From NCBI GenBank assembly GCA_934255405.1, contig CAKQNT010000007.1, forward strand, positions 286-64,285: a DNA stretch of 64,000 bases. Reading direction: 5' to 3'. Source of the stretch: an uncultured Alphaproteobacteria bacterium. Its GTDB lineage: Bacteria; Pseudomonadota; Alphaproteobacteria; RF32; CAG-239. The notes beneath the pieces are model-generated. The model searched no databases and had not been told where the DNA came from. It saw only the letters and a program-made list of their open reading frames with translations. Positions within the stretch are counted from its first letter, which is position 1, and the number at the start of each line of letters is the position of its first letter. A program made the translations under genes and the position numbers. This document shows positions 59,793-64,000 of this stretch, one piece after another.

Positions 59793-60275
59793 ATGGAATA
59801 TGTTACACCGGACGAGTGTTATCGCAAGGGGTTAGTTAGAGGCGATGATGGTCTGTACTACAAACTTAACACCCTCGAAAGGTATGGACGGGACGGCTGG
59901 TTGAACTTTGGCGATCCAGAATACAGCGCGGTTGACAGAGTTTCGGCAGGCAGCCGGTTATGGCGCGATTTTTATCACGGAAAGGTTGCGAGCACCGGGG
60001 TCAATGATTTGGCTAAGGTCAGAGTTGACGGTTGCGGCAGCGGCGATCTGACCGCCAGAGTGCTGGATGCCAGAGATCGTTTTAACAAAGCCATTGCCTC
60101 TATCCCCAAGGAATTTGCCCCGGCGGTTATTCGGGTGTGTTGCGATGATTTGGAGTTTGCCGTCAAGGGCAGCGACAGACAGAAAATGTACGCCAAGCAT
60201 CGGCAGGCAATGTTGCTGTGTTGCGGACTGGACAGATTGATTGAACATTACAGGTGGTATAAATGGAAAGCATAG
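59793..60275 (+). CDS. phage hypothetical protein
   Basis: ORF. Confidence 0.3.
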   Translation: MEYVTPDECYRKGLVRGDDGLYYKLNTLERYGRDGWLNFGDPEYSAVDRVSAGSRLWRDFYHGKVASTGVNDLAKVRVDGCGSGDLTARVLDARDRFNKAIASIPKEFAPAVIRVCCDDLEFAVKGSDRQKMYAKHRQAMLLCCGLDRLIEHYRWYKWKA

Positions 60276-60628
60276 AGAAAGAACTGGACAGATTGGTGCA
60301 AATGTTGTGTATCAACCATATTTGCCACATTTGCGGCACCAGGTCGGCGACTGCCGTTCATCACATAATTGGCAGGGCCAACCCGGTGTTGAGATATGAT
60401 GTAACCAACTTGTTGCCGGTATGCAATGAATGCCATCGGGCTATACATGACAAGGGAGTTGATGTATCCGGCTATGTTCACCCCTGGCGGTGGGAGTATT
60501 TGCAGAGAATTAAAAACAAGTCGTACAAAGACATACTGACCTTTGAAATGCAAATGAGCGAAAAAGAATATTTTAAGCAGTGCCGGCAGGTGCTAAAAGG
60601 ATTGTTGGGTGAAAACATTAGAAATTAA
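60263..60628 (+). CDS. HNH endonuclease
   Basis: CxxC...HH...N...CxxCH zinc-finger/HNH pattern (ICHICG..AVHHIIGR..N.LPVCNECHRAIH); sits upstream of the terminase genes. Confidence 0.6.
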   Translation: MESIEKELDRLVQMLCINHICHICGTRSATAVHHIIGRANPVLRYDVTNLLPVCNECHRAIHDKGVDVSGYVHPWRWEYLQRIKNKSYKDILTFEMQMSEKEYFKQCRQVLKGLLGENIRN

Positions 60629-60969
60629 ACAAGGGAACAAAATCACTTATAAAATTGTTCCCGACAACTACAAACCAAGCGACGATCGGGCTGAGCCGGA
60701 TATGACCACATCAGGGCGAAGAACCATTTGCATGGGAGTGGATAAAAAAAATTGGGATAAGATATTTAAAAAATAAAACTTTGTATTATGTATTGCATCG
60801 GCTAGACAAAACAAAAGGTGAAAAAAATGATTGAAATTTATTATATTGGATTTTTAGCACTAGCGGTCTATGCGCAAGTTAAGCGCAATAACTTTAGAGG
60901 CAATATATGCAACTTTGCGCTGGAAATACCAATTATGGGAAGAATTTTTGGTATTTGGTAAAATCGCTA

Positions 60970-60998
60970 TTGACATACTGTCAGGCGTGTAGTAGTAT
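60970..60998 (+). promoter_or_regulatory. candidate promoter TTGACA-N17-TAGTAT upstream of the packaging genes
   Basis: hexamer match only. Confidence 0.3.
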
Positions 60999-61166
60999 TT
61001 TTATATAGTGGAATTTTAGGCTTTGTTGCCAGGTTTCACTTTTCAGGTCAAACCTTAAACCGTCATAATCCTCCTTTTATGGCGGTTTTTTGTTTGCCTG
61101 ATTTGTGTGTTTGAAAGCACAAATATCCAGAATGGATGTTTTCCTTTCAGTGAGGGTATATCGGTG

Positions 61167-61200
61167 TGCCCGGGTTCTTCTCCTTTCCCGGGCATTTTTT
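61167..61200 (+). terminator. GC-rich hairpin plus T6 immediately upstream of the terminase small-subunit start
   Basis: TGCCCGGG-N12-CCCGGGCA then TTTTTT. Confidence 0.55.
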
Positions 61201-61213
61201 AAAGGGTGAAACA

Positions 61214-61549
61214 ATGGGTGTGGGCAATAATGGCAATCTAATTCCCTTGAGTGAAAGAAGCAAGGAAGATGCTTTTGAGATACGCTCCAGGGGTGGTAAA
61301 GCATGCGCAACCGCTCAAAGACGGCGCAAACGCTTGAGAGAAACGCTTGAAGAGCTATTGGCTAAAGGTAACACTCAAGAAGATATTTGCCAAATGTTGA
61401 TTAGTGGAGAGTTTCCGGCAAAGACATTTGAGGTTATCAGGGATACGGTGGGTGAGAAACCGGCCACTGATATAACCGGCACATTGGATATTACCCAAGC
61501 ATTGGTGAGGTTTGTAGATGACGGAAGTGACGGTGGAGATACCCAGTAA
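61214..61549 (+). CDS. putative terminase small subunit
   Basis: position immediately upstream of the large terminase; basic RRRKRLRE region; the ORF-track start at 61166 lies inside the hairpin, so the start is taken at MGVGNNG. Confidence 0.3.
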   Translation: MGVGNNGNLIPLSERSKEDAFEIRSRGGKACATAQRRRKRLRETLEELLAKGNTQEDICQMLISGEFPAKTFEVIRDTVGEKPATDITGTLDITQALVRFVDDGSDGGDTQ

Positions 61550-62837
61550 GTTTAAGCCTCTGCTGTGTGAAAGTTATCGCAACAAGCTGTATTATGGCGG
61601 ACGAGCCGGCGGAAAGTCGTTTGCTTTTGCCGACAGTCTGTTATTGCTGGGGCGCACAAAACAGTTGTTCATCGCCTGCGTGCGCGAGGTTCAAAACTCG
61701 ATTAAGGATTCTGTTTACAAGCTGCTAAAAGATCGGGCAGAAAATTATAAATTTGACGATTACAGGTTTTATGAAGACCGGATTGAAAATATTATAACCG
61801 GCACGAGATTTGTCTTTAAGGGATTAAAAGACCAAAACAAGCAAAATATTAAATCTCTTGAAGGTGTTGATATATGTTGGATTGAAGAGGGACAAAGCAT
61901 CAGCAAGGCCAGCTGGGAAGTGCTTAACCCAACTATTCGTAAAAAAGGCTCGGAAATTTGGGTTTCTATGAACCGCGAAGAAGAAAACGACCCGATCTGG
62001 GTGGCGGTTGCGGCAAACTCTGACGAGCGCACCTTTGTGTGCAAAGTTAATTATTATGATAATCCATATTGCCCGGAAGAAATGCGCTATTTGGCTGAAA
62101 AAAGCAAAAGCGAAAATTACGAGGATTATTTGCATATCTGGGAGGGCGAACCGGTCCAGCAAGGAAACACCAAGCTAATTGGCGGCAAGGCGGTGGTAAA
62201 AGCCTTTGAGCCTAAGATGGATAGTTCAACCTCGCCGCTGATTATCGGTTTGGATATCGCCCGGTTTGGCGACGACACCACGGTGTTTTGTTTCCGCAAA
62301 GGGCGGTGGTGCTATCGGTTTGACAGCTACACGCACAAGAGCGTGGTTGAGGTGGCGAATATCGCTACTAATTTGATTAAAGAGTTTCAGCCGGCGCGGT
62401 TGTTTTTGGATGACGGCGGTGTCGGCGGTGGGGTCTATGATATTTTGAAAGACCGCGGATTTGGTGAAGTCGTGCGCGGTGTGAATTTTGGCGGTAATGC
62501 CATTGATGACGAGCGTTACACCAACCGCCGGGCTGAAATGTGGGATTGTGTTCGGGAATGGCTGACCCAGACGGTGCAACTGCCAAACGACGACCGTTTG
62601 CTTGACGATCTATGTGCTGTCAACAAAAAGTATGACCGCCGCGGCAGATTGCAGTTGGAGAGCAAGGAAGAAGTCAAGAAGCGTTTGGGACGCTCTCCGG
62701 ACAAGGCCGACGCTTTGGCTCTGACCTTCGCCGAGCCGGTGTATGACGTTGGCAAACCGCGAATGTACGGAAATGGCAATGTTTCTTTTGAAGAATTATT
62801 TGCTTTGGACGCAGCGAGAAAGGATAACACATGGTAA
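61518..62837 (+). CDS. terL: phage terminase large subunit (PBSX/Terminase_6 type)
   Basis: N-terminal ATPase Walker A-like YYGGRAGGKSFA, CWIEEGQ Walker B; C-terminal RNase-H-like nuclease (LDIARFGDDTTV). Confidence 0.8.
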   Translation: MTEVTVEIPSKFKPLLCESYRNKLYYGGRAGGKSFAFADSLLLLGRTKQLFIACVREVQNSIKDSVYKLLKDRAENYKFDDYRFYEDRIENIITGTRFVFKGLKDQNKQNIKSLEGVDICWIEEGQSISKASWEVLNPTIRKKGSEIWVSMNREEENDPIWVAVAANSDERTFVCKVNYYDNPYCPEEMRYLAEKSKSENYEDYLHIWEGEPVQQGNTKLIGGKAVVKAFEPKMDSSTSPLIIGLDIARFGDDTTVFCFRKGRWCYRFDSYTHKSVVEVANIATNLIKEFQPARLFLDDGGVGGGVYDILKDRGFGEVVRGVNFGGNAIDDERYTNRRAEMWDCVREWLTQTVQLPNDDRLLDDLCAVNKKYDRRGRLQLESKEEVKKRLGRSPDKADALALTFAEPVYDVGKPRMYGNGNVSFEELFALDAARKDNTW

Positions 62838-63088
62838 AAGCAATTATGGATCGAGTTTTTATTAGGCTGGACAAGAAAGAAGAAAAAACCAAAGGCGGCA
62901 TTATTTTGGCCGACACGGTCGAAGACAGCCGCACCACCGGCGTGGTTGAGAGCGTGGGCGAAGATGTTAGTTGCGTTAAGCCCGGCGACAGAGTTCTTTT
63001 TCATGTGTTTGACGAGCTGCCCAGCTATGATCCGGAAGTGGTGGTGGTAAGACAGAGCAGCTTGCTGGGAGTGTTTGAAGATGAATAA
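62831..63088 (+). CDS. GroES-like co-chaperonin (Cpn10 family)
   Basis: I.DRVFIRLDKKEEKTKGGIILADT......GVVESVGEDV..VKPGDRVLF pattern of Cpn10. Confidence 0.55.
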   Translation: MVKAIMDRVFIRLDKKEEKTKGGIILADTVEDSRTTGVVESVGEDVSCVKPGDRVLFHVFDELPSYDPEVVVVRQSSLLGVFEDE

Positions 63089-64000
63089 GGATGTGGAAAA
63101 ATGGCTGGATAAAATAGGCAAAGCGGAAAAGGCTTATGAGAATTATCACAAGCTGGTGGCCGAAATCCGCGAGTATTACAAAAACACCAAAGACAAGAAC
63201 AAACAAAACATATTCTGGGCTTCAATCGAAACCTTGAAGCCTTTTTTGTATTTCAAACAGCCAAAAGTTTATGTCGAGCGCAAGGAAAAAGCCAGCGATC
63301 CGGTGCAATCGGTGGCCTGCCAAATTTTGGAAAAGGCTCTTGAATGGGATTTGGGGCAGTTTGACTTTGACGGAGTTATAAAATACGCGCGCAACGACTA
63401 TTTGCTCAGCGGCTCGGGTTTGTTGTGCGAACGCTACCACCCGAGTTTTAAGTCAATGGATGGCGAAACCGAGGTGTTGGCCGGCGAACAGGTGGACACT
63501 TCTTATATTGATCCGGTGGATTTTCTCGCCGACAGCGAGAAAGTAGGCATTTGGGAAGACGTGACTTGGATCGCTCACAAAATCCACATGACCAAGCAAG
63601 AAGTGATTGAGCAGTTTGGCGACAAGGTCAAAGACTTCTTTATCGAAGACGGCACAGACAACGACAAGCAGAAAAACACCGTTGTTTATGAAATTTGGGA
63701 CAAGACCAGCAAGACAATCAAGTATTTGTGCAAGGATTACGGGGTGGACTTTCTCAAGGTTACCGATGATCTTCTCAAATTGCAGGGCTTTTTCCCAATG
63801 CCTAAGCCGATATTCGCCACGGTCACCAACGACAGCATTATTCCGGTGCCGGATTACTCGGAAATCAAGCCGATGCTGGATGAGCTGGACGGCATCACCG
63901 ACAGAATGAAGAAAACAATCCGGGCAATTAAGGTTACCGGGTGTTATGACAATTCTTTTCCGGAACTGCGCAATATATTGGACAAAGATGTCACGTTGGT
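63081..64000 (+). CDS. phage portal protein (5' partial; runs off the window end)
   Basis: open frame from the ATG at 63081 to the window end, directly after the terminase/GroES genes. Confidence 0.45.
   Translation, partial: MNKDVEKWLDKIGKAEKAYENYHKLVAEIREYYKNTKDKNKQNIFWASIETLKPFLYFKQPKVYVERKEKASDPVQSVACQILEKALEWDLGQFDFDGVIKYARNDYLLSGSGLLCERYHPSFKSMDGETEVLAGEQVDTSYIDPVDFLADSEKVGIWEDVTWIAHKIHMTKQEVIEQFGDKVKDFFIEDGTDNDKQKNTVVYEIWDKTSKTIKYLCKDYGVDFLKVTDDLLKLQGFFPMPKPIFATVTNDSIIPVPDYSEIKPMLDELDGITDRMKKTIRAIKVTGCYDNSFPELRNILDKDVTL

Larger units (their letters stand above)
48566..64000. mobile_element. lambdoid-type prophage integrated at the 3' end of tRNA-Thr (continues beyond the window)
   Basis: tyrosine integrase adjacent to the tRNA, excisionase-like ORF, cI/cro switch, SSAP/methylase/nuclease early genes, HNH-terminase-portal late genes. 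Confidence 0.75.

Noticed and set aside
61166-61213. ORF-track start of the terminase small-subunit ORF at 61166
   Set aside because: These codons lie inside the GC-rich hairpin/T-run and lack an RBS; the start was moved to the ATG at 61214.

Overview
This 64-kb window is a chromosomal segment of an alphaproteobacterium with moderate GC. The taxon call rests on CtrA, a ChpT-like phosphotransferase, TrmFO and an S16 protein with an Ala-rich tail. Most of the window is housekeeping: a DsbD/ScsB-like protein, rnhA, an M16 peptidase, elbB, an SPFH protein, an hpnC-hpnD-hpnE squalene/hopanoid operon, trmFO, a chpT-receiver-cheR block next to ctrA and fliI-fliJ, sodB, a ROK kinase, a PLD-type nuclease, a GT39-GT2-YdjC-GtrA glycolipid-modification cluster, a CoADR-like oxidoreductase, ffh-rpsP-rimM-trmD-rplS, hisS, a usg-like gene, mscK, murD and a hexapeptide acyltransferase. 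There are three tRNAs: Ser(CGA), Glu(CUC) and Thr(CGT). Two accessory regions stand out. The first is a low-GC island of about 5.3 kb (26.53-31.86 kb) bounded by about 48-bp direct repeats, ending beside the tRNA-Glu 3' end. It has no integrase and encodes a large KH-domain protein plus an ABC/AAA_21-type ATPase paired with a DUF4276/TOPRIM-like partner (a candidate anti-phage module). The second is a lambdoid-type prophage inserted at tRNA-Thr, running from 48.57 kb past the window end. It carries an integrase, an excisionase-like ORF, a leftward early operon (SSAP, PD-(D/E)XK nuclease, methylase, a DUF2829-like small ORF), a cI/cro-like switch with a duplicated promoter-operator, a repressor-linked lipoprotein gene interrupted by an in-frame TGA, a replication gene with iteron-like repeats, and HNH-terminase-GroES-like-portal genes. 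Several dispersed palindromic repeat families and a repeat-dense 550-bp noncoding stretch are also present. Coordinates read by eye may be off by a few nt.
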